Shown here in pieces: positions 20,089-30,656 of a stretch of DNA of 32,000 bases. Below the pieces are notes generated by a model. It had not been told where the DNA came from. It saw only the letters and a program-made list of their open reading frames with translations, and did not search any database. Each line of letters starts with the position of its first letter. The first letter of the stretch is position 1. A program made the position numbers and the translations under genes. Source of the DNA: Candidatus Moranella endobia PCIT (GTDB taxonomy: Bacteria > Pseudomonadota > Gammaproteobacteria > Enterobacterales > Enterobacteriaceae); contig NC_015735.1 of assembly GCF_000219175.1 (NCBI RefSeq), forward strand, positions 30,001-62,000, in the 5' to 3' direction.

Positions 20089-20154
20089 TCAAAACTGTTA
20101 ATTGCACGGAGCACGGATCAGTTGTAAGTTCGTGCTGTTAAGGCAGTGATTATT

Positions 20155-20231
20155 GGTGATTGTAGCTCAGTTGGTAGAGCCCTGGATTGTGATTCCAGTT
20201 GTCGTGGGTTCAAGTCCCATCAGTCACCCCA
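20155..20231 (+). tRNA. hisR: tRNA-His (anticodon GUG), with G-1 and encoded CCA
   Basis: GGTGATTGTAGCTCAGTTGGTAGAGCCCTGGATTGTGATTCCAGTTGTCGTGGGTTCAAGTCCCATCAGTCACCCCA is near-identical to E. coli hisR. Confidence 0.95.
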
Positions 20232-20234
20232 TTT

Positions 20235-20321
20235 GCGAAGGTGGCGGAATTGGTAGACGCGCTAGCTTCAGGTGTTAGTGTCTTACCGGACGTGAGGGTT
20301 CAAATCCCTCTCTTCGCACCA
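20235..20321 (+). tRNA. leuT: tRNA-Leu (anticodon CAG), long variable arm, encoded CCA
   Basis: GCGAAGGTGGCGGAATTGGTAGACGCGCTAGCTTCAGGTGTTAGTGTCTTACCGGACGTGAGGGTTCAAATCCCTCTCTTCGCACCA is near-identical to E. coli leuT (87 nt). Confidence 0.95.
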
Positions 20322-20388
20322 TCTATCTGCTAGCTACTACTGACTGTTAGTATTAACTTACACACTGTTGGGGGGTAGCGTATCCACT

Positions 20389-20465
20389 CGGCGAGTAGCG
20401 CAGCTTGGTAGCGCAACTGGTTTGGGACCAGTGGGTCAGAGGTTCAAATCCTCTCTCGCCGACCA
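20389..20465 (+). tRNA. proM: tRNA-Pro (anticodon UGG), encoded CCA
   Basis: CGGCGAGTAGCGCAGCTTGGTAGCGCAACTGGTTTGGGACCAGTGGGTCAGAGGTTCAAATCCTCTCTCGCCGACCA is near-identical to E. coli proM. Gene order Arg-His-Leu-Pro equals the E. coli argX-hisR-leuT-proM operon. Confidence 0.95.
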
Positions 20466-20533
20466 AATCCTTAACTTAACTAGCCAGCTGTTTTATGTCT
20501 AGTTAGTTAGTACGAAGAACACAACACTTAATT

Positions 20534-21115
20534 TTAACTATAACTATTATGAGTAACGTTACGACCGGACCAAATAATTTCCCCGGTTGGCACCTCTATT
20601 AGTTGAAGATCTAGTGTTGGTTCCTTAACATTACCACTTGCAGCGCTATATAGTACATAATGGGCGTTTAGATAACGCGCTATCCCAGCGGCTTTACTGC
20701 GAGAATCAAAACTGTCATCCGAGGACAGTCCCAACATCTTGCGCACAGCATTTAGTTTTTCAGCACAAACAATCTGAAATTTTTTACCGCAGTTCTGCGC
20801 AATTAGGCTGGTAAGAGTAGCAGTAGCTAGACCGGTTTGTACGCTGCCATTAGTGACATTTTTCATATTATTTATCATGATAACACTGCCGTAGTTTATC
20901 CCTTCTACTAACAACATTTGCTGTACTATGGGCAACATGCTCGCTTGCCAGTCAATCGTTTTAATCTTTGGCGTGGTAACCTGATTGTTAGTTACCGCCG
21001 GTGGCAGCTGTATTAACAGTTGAGTCGCTGGATCTATATTTGCCTGTGGCATATTTGGATATCTGTTAGTGCAGCTAGTCAATACTAGTGCTGCGATTAA
21101 GACGATCTTGTTCAT
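20534..21115 (-). CDS. lpoB: Outer-membrane lipoprotein activator of PBP1B
   Basis: MNKIVLIAALVLTSC (lipobox LTSC) is followed by ...IDWQASMLPIVQQML...NVTNGSV...SRSKAAGIARYLNAHYVLYSAASGNV...TGEIIWSG, collinear with E. coli LpoB (YcfM). The ATG at 21115 is preferred over the track start at 21148, which would put 11 residues ahead of the signal peptide. Confidence 0.85.
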   Translation of the reverse strand: MNKIVLIAALVLTSCTNRYPNMPQANIDPATQLLIQLPPAVTNNQVTTPKIKTIDWQASMLPIVQQMLLVEGINYGSVIMINNMKNVTNGSVQTGLATATLTSLIAQNCGKKFQIVCAEKLNAVRKMLGLSSDDSFDSRSKAAGIARYLNAHYVLYSAASGNVKEPTLDLQLIEVPTGEIIWSGRNVTHNSYS

Positions 21116-21206
21116 TTTATACTCGACATGGAGAATGTATTGAAACAATAGAATAGAAGATAAGAACGTATGTTGCCTATGAATTACTATTCAATGTATT
21201 ACTGTA

Positions 21207-21560
21207 TCACGATACCAGCGGGCCAAGCGGCCTACCGCCCAAAAGATGCATGTGCAAATGATACACTTCCTGGCCACCATGGTGGTTGCAATTAATAATT
21301 AGCCGGTAGCCATTCTCATCAATACCTTCTTGTTTTGCAATTTTCGCCGCAACGGTAAAAAACCTTCCTACCGCTGCCTCTGAGGCAGCGGTAACATCAT
21401 TGACAGTGGGAATCAGCAGGTTAGTCACGATAAGTATATGTATAGGCGCTTTGGGGCGAATATCGCGAAAAGCAGTAACTAAATCGTCCTGATAAAGAAT
21501 ATCAGCAAAAATTTCTCGCCGAATAATTTTACAAAAAATGGTTTCTTCAGCCTCAGCCAT
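21207..21560 (-). CDS. hinT: Purine nucleoside phosphoramidase (HIT family)
   Basis: 117 aa. [17 protein letters not shown]...[16 protein letters not shown] (histidine triad HxHxH) is collinear with E. coli HinT. It lies upstream of lpoB, as in the E. coli ycfF-ycfL-ycfM cluster (ycfL is missing). Confidence 0.92.
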   Translation of the reverse strand: MAEAEETIFCKIIRREIFADILYQDDLVTAFRDIRPKAPIHILIVTNLLIPTVNDVTAASEAAVGRFFTVAAKIAKQEGIDENGYRLIINCNHHGGQEVYHLHMHLLGGRPLGPLVS

Positions 21561-21721
21561 AGCAGTGATCCTGGTTGCAAAAGTTATTTAAAAAAATAAG
21601 TATAATTATTGAGTTTGAATAACATAAAGTTACTTTGTGATAGCAATAATGTGATATAAATCACTTATTGTAAGTAACGAAAGATGATTATGAATGAATC
21701 ATTCAATATCTGGTGGAATAA

Positions 21722-22729
<1,008 letters not shown>

Positions 22730-22777
22730 TTATTAGTAAAGTAGTTAACTAACATTAATACTAATCTAGTCAAGCCG

Positions 22778-22807
22778 GCCATTCCCATAGCAGGGGAATG
22801 GCTTTTC
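22778..22807 (+). terminator. Rho-independent terminator of gapA
   Basis: GCCATTCCC-atagcag-GGGAATGGC (9-bp GC-rich stem) followed by TTTTC, about 50 nt after the gapA stop. Confidence 0.75.
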
Positions 22808-22999
22808 GGTGTACTTTGGTTGGTGGTGCATATTTATAGCCAATATTTTTACGTCAGCATGCCATGCAAATCGTTAATTACTAACGACAGAAGGAACCTG
22901 CCAATCTATAAAACCTAAAATCTATAATAGGTTGCCTTGATCTGAAGAGGTAATATTACATACATACTACTAAGAGTAGTCTTTTCTTCATCAGAAGGC

Positions 23000-23028
23000 T
23001 TGCACCTATGGTATTAATATGCTTTAAT
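23000..23028 (+). promoter_or_regulatory. Candidate promoter of the cspA-family gene, giving a leader of about 125-130 nt
   Basis: TTGCAC (23000..23005), 17-nt spacer, GCTTTAAT (-10 at 23023..23028). This resembles the E. coli cspA promoter (TTGCAT ... GGCTTAAT). GGTACAGA at 23048..23055 resembles the cspA cold-box core CGTACAGA. Confidence 0.35.
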
Positions 23029-23088
23029 ATTACTGTTGGTCTAGTCTGGTACAGATCTTCTTAAGATAAGTAAAACATAATTTATTTA

Positions 23089-23112
23089 ACACATATTAAA
23101 AATAATATGTGT
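23089..23112 (+). promoter_or_regulatory. Perfect 10-bp A/U-rich hairpin inside the csp 5' leader
   Basis: ACACATATTA-aaaa-TAATATGTGT is an exact inverted repeat, ending about 50 nt upstream of the start codon. Confidence 0.4.
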
Positions 23113-23161
23113 CCATAGCGACACCTAATATTCCTAATGCAATACAAGGAAGTATAAACAA

Positions 23162-23380
23162 ATGTCTCACACTAACAAAGTTACTGGATTAGTCAAATGG
23201 TTTGATGCTGGTAAAGGTTTTGGTTTCATCACCCCTACTGACGGCAGCAGGGATGTATTTGTGCATTTTTCTGCCATCCAAAGCAATAATTTTAAAACTT
23301 TGGACGAAGGCCAGCGCGTAGAATTTACCATTGAGCAGGGTCAAAAAGGACCTTCTGCGGCTAATGTAGTTGCCCTGTAA
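23162..23380 (+). CDS. Cold-shock protein, CspA/CspG-like
   Basis: The 72-aa product [72 protein letters not shown] has RNP1 (KGFGFI) and RNP2 (VFVHF) motifs. The N-terminus and EFxIEQGQ are closest to E. coli CspA/CspG. The paralogue cannot be assigned by eye. Confidence 0.92.
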   Translation: MSHTNKVTGLVKWFDAGKGFGFITPTDGSRDVFVHFSAIQSNNFKTLDEGQRVEFTIEQGQKGPSAANVVAL

Positions 23381-23453
23381 GTAATACGATCAACAAAATT
23401 TTGTTGATAAATTGTTCATAATTTATTCTTTTCTTGCCAACGTCTTTAAACAT

Positions 23454-23478
23454 GTCGCTGCGGTATAACTGCAGCGAC
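23454..23478. terminator. GC-rich hairpin between convergent csp and trpS; candidate shared terminator
   Basis: GTCGCTGC-ggtataact-GCAGCGAC (8-bp stem). Flanks are only moderately T-rich on either strand. A separate 20-nt AT palindrome ATCAACAAAATTTTGTTGAT lies at 23389..23408. Confidence 0.45.
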
Positions 23479-23520
23479 TTAAACATAATGTTTAGTTAAT
23501 TGTGGTTTAAAAAAAAAGCA

Positions 23521-24525
23521 TTATTTTTTGGAAACAAAACCCAATGCTTCATGTACCTTATCTAAGGTTACGCTGGCCTGAGCGCTGGCTTTTTCTGCTC
23601 CATCGCCTAATACGCGAATTAGATATGATTCTTCAGTGCGTAGCGCATGGTAGCGGTTCTGTAACGAGGCTAGCATTTCTGATACCGCATCAGCTACCGC
23701 CATTTTGAGATGACAATACATTTTGCCGACAAACTCCTGTTCTAGCTCAGCCAACGGTATGCACGTTACGCCAGATAGAATATCCAGTAAATTGGAAATA
23801 CCTGGTTTAGCTACTTGATCGTAATATATGATCGATGGTTTGTCGGTATCGGTTACCGCACGCTTTAATTTCTTGCCAACAGATTTAGGATCTTCTAGTA
23901 GAGTAATAACATTACTGCGGTTATCATCTGATTTAGACATCTTTTTAGTTGGATTTAGTAATGACATCACTCTTGCGCCAGATTTAGGAATAAAAGGATC
24001 AGGCATAGTAAAAATGTCGCCATAAAGAATATTGAAACGCTTGGCAATATCTCGGCTTAGCTCTACATGCTGTTTCTGATCTGCACCAACCGGTACATAA
24101 TTTGTCTGATAAAGCAGAATATCGGCAGCCATTAGCACTGGATAATCAAACAGTCCAACGTTAATGTTGGCAGTGTTGCGAGCAGATTTATCCTTAAACT
24201 GGTTCATCCGATTCAGTTCACCAAAATAAGTATAACAATTCAATAACCAACCAAGTTGGCTATGCTCTGGTACGTGCGACTGAATGAACACTATACTTCT
24301 AGACGGATCAATACCGCAAGCTAAATAAAGCGCTAGACAGTCAAGCGTTGCTTTACGCAACTTCTGAGTATCTTGAAGAGAGGTGATGGCATGCAGGTCA
24401 ACAATACAATAAATGCAATCATAATCATCCTGCATACTAATCCACTGACGCAACGCACCAATATAGTTACCAATGGTCAATTCTCCTGAAGGTTGTGCGC
24501 CACTAAATACAATCTGTTTACTCAT
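23521..24525 (-). CDS. trpS: Tryptophan--tRNA ligase
   Basis: [28 protein letters not shown]... with KMSKS is collinear with E. coli TrpS (334 aa). The ATG at 24525 gives 334 aa and has AGGA 9 nt upstream; the track start at 24603 adds 26 unmatched residues. Confidence 0.95.
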   Translation of the reverse strand: MSKQIVFSGAQPSGELTIGNYIGALRQWISMQDDYDCIYCIVDLHAITSLQDTQKLRKATLDCLALYLACGIDPSRSIVFIQSHVPEHSQLGWLLNCYTYFGELNRMNQFKDKSARNTANINVGLFDYPVLMAADILLYQTNYVPVGADQKQHVELSRDIAKRFNILYGDIFTMPDPFIPKSGARVMSLLNPTKKMSKSDDNRSNVITLLEDPKSVGKKLKRAVTDTDKPSIIYYDQVAKPGISNLLDILSGVTCIPLAELEQEFVGKMYCHLKMAVADAVSEMLASLQNRYHALRTEESYLIRVLGDGAEKASAQASVTLDKVHEALGFVSKK

Positions 24526-24612
24526 TTTAAAAATCCTGATTAACGGAAGTGAACACCTAGATTTGGGCAACAAAATATTGGCAAGATGCGATTTTGACCT
24601 CACTTCTTGTGT

Positions 24613-25425
24613 TTAACAATGGCGCGCCGCCAGCAGATTAGCCAACCTATAATAATGTTCAACACTTACATTTTCCGCACGCATAGTTGTGTCGATACCT
24701 TGTTCCTCCAACTGTTGTGTACTAAAAAGCTTACCCAAGCTATTACGTAGTGTCTTACGGCGCTGATTAAATGCTAAGCTGGTCAAGAGAGATAGTTTTC
24801 TCACATCCCGGATTGGGAATGGTAGCTTATCATACGGTACCAACCGGACCAATGTCGAATAAACTTTCGGCACCGGACAGAAGGCAATCGGCGGTACTTC
24901 CAGCACTGGGATAATATTACAGTAGTACTGGGCTATTACGCTCAACCTGCCGTAAGCCTTACTATTCGGGCCAGCAATCATACGTTTAACTACCTCTTTT
25001 TGTAGCATGAAGTGCATATCAAAAATGGCATAAGTATAGCTGAATAGTCGAAAAATAAGCTGCGTAGAAATATTGTAGGGCAGATTGCCGAATACCCGCA
25101 GCTGCCGACCAAGTTTGGTGGCCAGAGCACCGAAATCTACCTTCATCACGTCCTGCTGCAGGATATTGAGCTTAGTATGTAAAGAAGGATGTTGGTCCAA
25201 ACGGGCGATCAAATCACGGTCAAGCTCTATAACTGTCATACTATCGATATGCTGTGCTACCGGCTTGGTCAGAGCGCCCAGGCCAGGGCCTATCTCAACT
25301 ATTGCCTGGCCTGGCTCAGGACAAATGGCGGCAACAATAGCATCAATAATCAAGATATCGTGCAGAAAGTGCTGACCGAAACGTTTACGAGTTAGATGCC
25401 CCTGATAATAGATACGGTTATTCAT
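24613..25425 (-). CDS. rsmA: 16S rRNA (adenine1518/1519-N6)-dimethyltransferase
   Basis: 270 aa. [21 protein letters not shown] and [10 protein letters not shown] are collinear with E. coli KsgA/RsmA. Its start codon overlaps the pdxA stop (TAATG). Confidence 0.95.
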   Translation of the reverse strand: MNNRIYYQGHLTRKRFGQHFLHDILIIDAIVAAICPEPGQAIVEIGPGLGALTKPVAQHIDSMTVIELDRDLIARLDQHPSLHTKLNILQQDVMKVDFGALATKLGRQLRVFGNLPYNISTQLIFRLFSYTYAIFDMHFMLQKEVVKRMIAGPNSKAYGRLSVIAQYYCNIIPVLEVPPIAFCPVPKVYSTLVRLVPYDKLPFPIRDVRKLSLLTSLAFNQRRKTLRNSLGKLFSTQQLEEQGIDTTMRAENVSVEHYYRLANLLAARHC

Positions 25426-26405
25426 TATTTTATTAGTTTGATAGTTAGATTAAGAGCTGATTTTATGCTGCTAGCATCCGCATGTCCCGATCCAGCTAGC
25501 TCAATGGCAGTACCATGAGCAACGGAGGTACGAATAAATGGAAGCCCTAGCGTAATATTAACAGCTCTGCCGCATCCCTGATACTTCAACACAGGCAGAC
25601 CCTGATCGTGATACATTGCGAGCACAGTATCCGCCTGTTGCAAATATTTTGGTTGAAATATAGTGTCGGCAGGTAAAGGACCGACTATATTATAATGTTG
25701 AGTGCGCAATGCATCCAGGGTAGGTGTTATCACCTCGATTTCTTCCCGTCCAAGATGGCCGCCTTCGCCGGCGTGAGGGTTCAGCCCACAAACATAGATG
25801 CACGGCTGAGCGATGCCAAATTTTTGCTGAAGATCATTGACTATAATCTTAATAACTGCGGCCAGGGAAGAGCTGGTAATTGCACTCGACACCGCCAGTA
25901 ACGGCAAGTGTGTGGTCATCAAAGCAACACGCAGTGACTCGGTCACTAACATCATAACCACGCGCTCGCGGCTGCAGCGTTCGGCAAAATATTCGGTATG
26001 GCTACTGAACGACAGACCACAATCGTTAATGATACCCTTATGCACCGGACCAGTGAGCAGCGCTGCGAACTCGCCGCCAAGGCAGCCATCGCAGGCGCGG
26101 GCTAGAGTTGCTATCACATAATTACTATTGTCAGCATTGAGTTCGCCGGCAATAACCGGCGCGGGCGCCTTGATGGCAAGCACCGTTAGTTCCCCTGCAG
26201 GCCGAGGTGTAGCCGGCTCATCTGGAAGATATTGGTGTAGCCGCAGTAACATGTTGAGCTGCCGCGCCCGCGCCGCTAGTAGCGTTGGATCGGCGCAAAT
26301 CACTAATTCTACCGGCCAAGCATGCTGAGCTAGCGCCACTATTAGATCGGTACCAATCCCGGCTGGTTCACCGGGGGTAATTACAATACGTTGCTGATCA
26401 TTCAT
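25425..26405 (-). CDS. pdxA: 4-hydroxythreonine-4-phosphate dehydrogenase
   Basis: [18 protein letters not shown]...[10 protein letters not shown]...[11 protein letters not shown]...FIRTS is collinear with E. coli PdxA. The ATG at 26405 reproduces the E. coli N-terminal length and overlaps the surA stop by 8 nt; the track start at 26426 is 7 codons longer. Confidence 0.93.
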   Translation of the reverse strand: MNDQQRIVITPGEPAGIGTDLIVALAQHAWPVELVICADPTLLAARARQLNMLLRLHQYLPDEPATPRPAGELTVLAIKAPAPVIAGELNADNSNYVIATLARACDGCLGGEFAALLTGPVHKGIINDCGLSFSSHTEYFAERCSRERVVMMLVTESLRVALMTTHLPLLAVSSAITSSSLAAVIKIIVNDLQQKFGIAQPCIYVCGLNPHAGEGGHLGREEIEVITPTLDALRTQHYNIVGPLPADTIFQPKYLQQADTVLAMYHDQGLPVLKYQGCGRAVNITLGLPFIRTSVAHGTAIELAGSGHADASSIKSALNLTIKLIK

Positions 26406-27693
26406 ATTTATCGATAATTTTAACATAGGCTAATGCACGCTTTTCTTGCATCCAGGTTTGCGACTCTTCAGCAAACCGGCAGTTAAACTGCAGCCGATAA
26501 GATTGGTCTTGCTGGGCGACGTTGGTACGGACTACCTTACGTATGTCGATCAATTGAAGCAGATGCCAGCCAAAAGACGAATGCACTGGCGTGCTGACTT
26601 CATTTATTTTTAGCTGCCGCAGCGCCGCGCGGAAATCAGGGTCTAATGCCAAGGTGGAACTCCAGCCAAGATTACCTCCCTGAGGCGAGGAAAACGGGTC
26701 CTCAGAAAGCTGTTTAGCAGCAGTGTTGAAGCCAATATGGCCGCTCTTGATTTTCGACGCTATATCATCAAGCGTGAAACTTACTTGTTGATCGGTTATC
26801 ACCATAGAGGTGTGCAATAGAATGTGACGCAGATTAACTTCTATTTCAGTTATTGTTTGATGGCATCCGCGTATGTCTTTCACTTTCAAGATATGAAAAC
26901 CAACGCCGGAATGAATTGTGTCGATAATATGTTCTTTCTGAGTGCCTTGTTGCAAACGTGTCACAAACAGTGATGGTAGCTCTTCGAGCTTTTTCCAGCC
27001 CATCTTACCTACTTTAATAGGCTGTTGGTCAGCTGAGTCAGTTATCGCCAACTTGGTGAATATTGCTCTGCTCTTACTTAGTTTTACTAAATAATTGGCC
27101 AGAGCTGTCGCTTTATTTAGCTGATCATATGTTGGGTTTTCTGGCAGTGGAATCAGAATCTGACTCAGATTGAATTCTGCGCTGTTACCAGTTTGATAAG
27201 CGATCTGCGGCACAAGCACGTTCACTTCCTGCGGCGCAATGGCTATTCGCCGCAGAACTTTGCTATTACGCAATTCGCAAAATAGCATATTTTTATAAAT
27301 TTTCATCCGGTAAGTATTGTAGTCGATGCCATCATAGACTAAGTGACGGCGCAGTTGATCGTTAGTCATGTGGTTATTGGCAGAGATATTATCGAAATTC
27401 TGATCTAGCTGTTCATTGCTGATAGTGAGGTTAGCGCGCTGGGCAAGCTGAAACATGATGTTATCCATAATCAACTGGTCACAAACTTGGCGGCGCAGCG
27501 TTGCATATGCCGGCAAAGATTGATTAAATTTCTGAGCGCCGCGCATTACCGCAGCCAACATACTGTTAACATCGCTTTCAATTACTATACCGTTGTCTAC
27601 TACGACTGCAACTTGATCAATGACCTGTGACATAGCAAGGGTGCTATTGGCACCAAAAGCTAGGACTAGGATCAACGTGTTATAATGTTTCAC
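26398..27693 (-). CDS. surA: Periplasmic chaperone / peptidyl-prolyl isomerase SurA
   Basis: 431 aa with a GTG start. It has a signal peptide, then [18 protein letters not shown]..., two parvulin domains ([19 protein letters not shown]), and ends ..[13 protein letters not shown]. Collinear with E. coli SurA. Confidence 0.93.
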   Translation of the reverse strand: MKHYNTLILVLAFGANSTLAMSQVIDQVAVVVDNGIVIESDVNSMLAAVMRGAQKFNQSLPAYATLRRQVCDQLIMDNIMFQLAQRANLTISNEQLDQNFDNISANNHMTNDQLRRHLVYDGIDYNTYRMKIYKNMLFCELRNSKVLRRIAIAPQEVNVLVPQIAYQTGNSAEFNLSQILIPLPENPTYDQLNKATALANYLVKLSKSRAIFTKLAITDSADQQPIKVGKMGWKKLEELPSLFVTRLQQGTQKEHIIDTIHSGVGFHILKVKDIRGCHQTITEIEVNLRHILLHTSMVITDQQVSFTLDDIASKIKSGHIGFNTAAKQLSEDPFSSPQGGNLGWSSTLALDPDFRAALRQLKINEVSTPVHSSFGWHLLQLIDIRKVVRTNVAQQDQSYRLQFNCRFAEESQTWMQEKRALAYVKIIDKYE

Positions 27694-27755
27694 AACTGAT
27701 ATATTATTAGATGAGTTGTTAAGGTGGATGAAGTTTAATATTTAATAAAAAGCCG

Positions 27756-30092
27756 CTACATTTCGCTGATTGGATTGGGTAACATACCCGATATCAGCAT
27801 CTGGTTTTTAACTAGGCCAGAATTACTGTTCAAACCACGCAGTTCAATTTTAAATGATACCTTATTATCATAATTACTTGCACTATTTGTAGTATTCCAG
27901 CCGGTGATCTTCCGCTCATAGTTCATATTTATCGCCCAGCAGCAGTTATTATATTGCAGGCTGATAAGTTGATTAGTTGGCTGGTTGGTATTATGATCGT
28001 GATAATATGCTCCGACAATCGACAATCGCTTAACAAGCGGCCAAATGCCAATGACTCCAACTTGCGAAATGCCTTGTGTATAGCCGTTATGGCTAATACC
28101 TGAACATAACTTTTCAAGATATTGCTTACTTACGTAACGGTAGTTTAGCTGTAGTATACGATTATTGTTACACTTATACTCTAACACCGCATGGCCAAGC
28201 GTAAAGCGGTTTAGACATGATTCATATTGTAAGTTACCGCGTACTCCCCACTGGTTACTGATACGCCAGGAGCTATCTCCCGCCCATACCCAGCTGCCAA
28301 TATTATTCCAAGTACTGGTGATATCACCAGTACTTGGCGGTGAGAAGTAATAAATTTTACTAACGGAGGCGTTTAACCGTTCTGCATATTGCGCGTCATA
28401 AATTCTGGTAGTAAAGCTATTCATCAATTGGTTGGCAGAAGAAATACGGTCAAGGCCACTGTAGGTACGATCACTGAACATGCCGTAGTAGTTGGTTTGA
28501 AGGATTGTGGAGTCATAAACACCAATATCGTTTTGGTAACGATAAGGGACATATAGGTACTGCAGTCGCATCTCCAGCGTTTGCATGTACTTTGGCGCGT
28601 AATTCATATTGCGCTCAAACACCAGCGAACCATCTGTTTTGAACTGCGGCAAAACGCGGTTGATAACCCCCTTCAAATGGCGACCAGTAGAAATATTTTT
28701 GTTATAATCATCTATATTTTCCTGATAATAATGGGTAGCCATCAGCTTAGTTTCGGTACTCAGCTTCCCCCAACTGTTGGTGATTGGCAGGTTGAGCGTG
28801 GGCTCGATATGCAATCGGTAGGATTCGGGATAGTATTGGTTGAGGTTGGTAAATTTTGCTGCCTGACTGAATACTTTTAGGTTAAAAGGACCAAGGTCGT
28901 GTTTATAGTAAGTCAAATCTAACTGGGGCGCTGCGTTGTAGGCAGCGCTGCTTTTGTCAAACAACTGAAACTGCTTATAAGATAGTGCGGCGTCCAAATT
29001 TTCCTTGGTATAGCCTAAACTAAATTTTTGTATGGCGTAACCATCGGTGGTACTACCATACTTTGAATCAAGATCATCGAAATAATTGTAGTCGCTAACT
29101 TTGGTGTAATCGACGTTTAAACGCCAAACTTTATCCTGGACCCCGTTGTGATGCCAATGAAGCAACCAGCGGTTGCGGTGATGATCATCACTAGCGTTAT
29201 CACTACGGTAAAACCGTTCTTTGGGCAGCCAGTCAAATTCAAACAGCCCCTTTCCCCAAATAGTTAGGTAGCGTAACTCGGTCTGCATCTGGATACCACG
29301 TTTACTCAGGTATTTAGGAGTTATTGTAGCGTCGTAGTTGGGCGCCAGATTCAGGTAGTAGGGCGTGCTGAACTCCAAGCCATGATGACTGCCGTATTTA
29401 GCATGGGGAATCATCAATCCGGAACGACGTTTGTCACCTACTGGTATTTGTAAATAAGGACTGTAGAATACCGGTACTTTACCAATTTTGAAGCGAGCGT
29501 TCCAAATCTTGGCACATTGCCAATGTTTGTCATGAATAAACTCTGAACTAACCAAACTCCAGCTATTGTCTCCTTTTATACAGGAGGTAAAACTGCCGTT
29601 TTCTAATATCGTGTAGCGATTACCACGTCGTTTCATTGCAGCCGCGTCGCCACGGCCTGGTCGACCAACCATATAGTAATAACCATGATTGACATCGATA
29701 TCTTTGTTATTGAGATTAAACCAAGCTTTGGTACCATGCAGTTTAATCTCATTGCTCGCATAATTGACATTGCCGGTAGCAGTAATGGTACACAGAGGCG
29801 TTTTATTTTGATCTAAGCGCCTCTGTGTCAGCTGTAATTCATTGGCAGTTAGCGTCATTTTTCTCTGCTGAATTTCAGAGTTATTACTAAACATTGCATG
29901 TTTTTGTTCATGCGTTGTAGCTGGTTTTGCCTGTTGCACTGGCTGCTTATTAAGATCGCCATTTGCTATAAGTTTATTATCGTCCAAAAAACCAACAGAA
30001 CATTGCTCCGCAAGAGCTGCTTGTGCCGACTGGTAAAAGACTGACCCAATAAGGCTGGCAAGCAGCAGCAAGGCTAAACTGTGTTTCATCAT
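27756..30092 (-). CDS. lptD: LPS-assembly outer-membrane protein LptD
   Basis: 778 aa. A signal peptide is followed by AEQCSVGF (Cys), FTSCIKG (Cys) and YNNCCWAI (Cys-Cys), the four conserved LptD cysteines. VPVFYSPYLQIPVGDKRRSG is collinear with E. coli LptD (784 aa). lptD-surA-pdxA-rsmA order is as in E. coli. Confidence 0.93.
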   Translation of the reverse strand: MMKHSLALLLLASLIGSVFYQSAQAALAEQCSVGFLDDNKLIANGDLNKQPVQQAKPATTHEQKHAMFSNNSEIQQRKMTLTANELQLTQRRLDQNKTPLCTITATGNVNYASNEIKLHGTKAWFNLNNKDIDVNHGYYYMVGRPGRGDAAAMKRRGNRYTILENGSFTSCIKGDNSWSLVSSEFIHDKHWQCAKIWNARFKIGKVPVFYSPYLQIPVGDKRRSGLMIPHAKYGSHHGLEFSTPYYLNLAPNYDATITPKYLSKRGIQMQTELRYLTIWGKGLFEFDWLPKERFYRSDNASDDHHRNRWLLHWHHNGVQDKVWRLNVDYTKVSDYNYFDDLDSKYGSTTDGYAIQKFSLGYTKENLDAALSYKQFQLFDKSSAAYNAAPQLDLTYYKHDLGPFNLKVFSQAAKFTNLNQYYPESYRLHIEPTLNLPITNSWGKLSTETKLMATHYYQENIDDYNKNISTGRHLKGVINRVLPQFKTDGSLVFERNMNYAPKYMQTLEMRLQYLYVPYRYQNDIGVYDSTILQTNYYGMFSDRTYSGLDRISSANQLMNSFTTRIYDAQYAERLNASVSKIYYFSPPSTGDITSTWNNIGSWVWAGDSSWRISNQWGVRGNLQYESCLNRFTLGHAVLEYKCNNNRILQLNYRYVSKQYLEKLCSGISHNGYTQGISQVGVIGIWPLVKRLSIVGAYYHDHNTNQPTNQLISLQYNNCCWAINMNYERKITGWNTTNSASNYDNKVSFKIELRGLNSNSGLVKNQMLISGMLPNPISEM

Positions 30093-30640
30093 CGCGCTGT
30101 TGTTTTTGACATTAGTGCTGGAATAGGCACATTCTTAGACTTATAGTATTGTGGTATGGCAATGAATAAAAATTCATTCAGTAAAACCCCTTCTCGCTTA
30201 AAACCCATTTTGGTATAGATATGGATTGCTCATGTTATCTTCATCAACAATAAAATACAGCTTATGCAGATTTAGTACCATAAAACCGAAATGTAGCGCT
30301 AGGAGGTGCGCCTTGGAAACACTAGCATAGCCTTTTTACCTTGGTGCTCTCTCTGGCGCAAGAATAGAAAATTTGGCGCGCCTATGGGCCTATGGATATA
30401 ATCGATATCTACCAGGCCAATGGTAATGCCTTGCTTATCAAGAATGAACCGCCGCTCGCTCATATTATGAATATTTTTCTGGTACAGATCTGTTAACTCA
30501 ACATAGGCTTCGTATGACTCTTCAACCCAGTAGCGCATCATCATTATTATTAAGCTGATGAATAAAATGTAGATCATCACGTTCCAACAGACGCAGCTTG
30601 ATATTCTGATGCTCCTCAGATATTTGGCTTATTTTTTCAT
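30089..30640 (-). pseudogene. speG: Spermidine N-acetyltransferase pseudogene
   Basis: Four collinear segments lie in four frames: KLRLLERDDLHFIHQLNNN; MRYWVEESYEAYVELTDLYQKNIHNMSERRFIL (track ORF 30299..30580); HRRAKFSILAPERAPR*KGYASVSKAHLLALHFGFMVLNLHKLYFIVDEDN; GFKREGVLLNEFLFIA...LMSKTTAR*. These compare with E. coli SpeG VKLRPLEREDLRYVHQLDNN / [33 protein letters not shown] / [48 protein letters not shown] / GFSVEGELMHEFFING..LLKPTAQ*. One frameshift is an 8-bp tandem duplication (GCCTATG-G-GCCTATG at 30380..30394). There is one in-frame TAA. Confidence 0.8.
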
Positions 30641-30656
30641 TATTTAACCTCGCATA

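Noticed and set aside
30299-30580. Track ORF of 93 aa that could be taken for a small stand-alone GNAT gene.
   Set aside because: It is only the middle segment of speG. The N-terminal and C-terminal SpeG segments lie in other frames on either side, so the gene is frameshifted, not intact.
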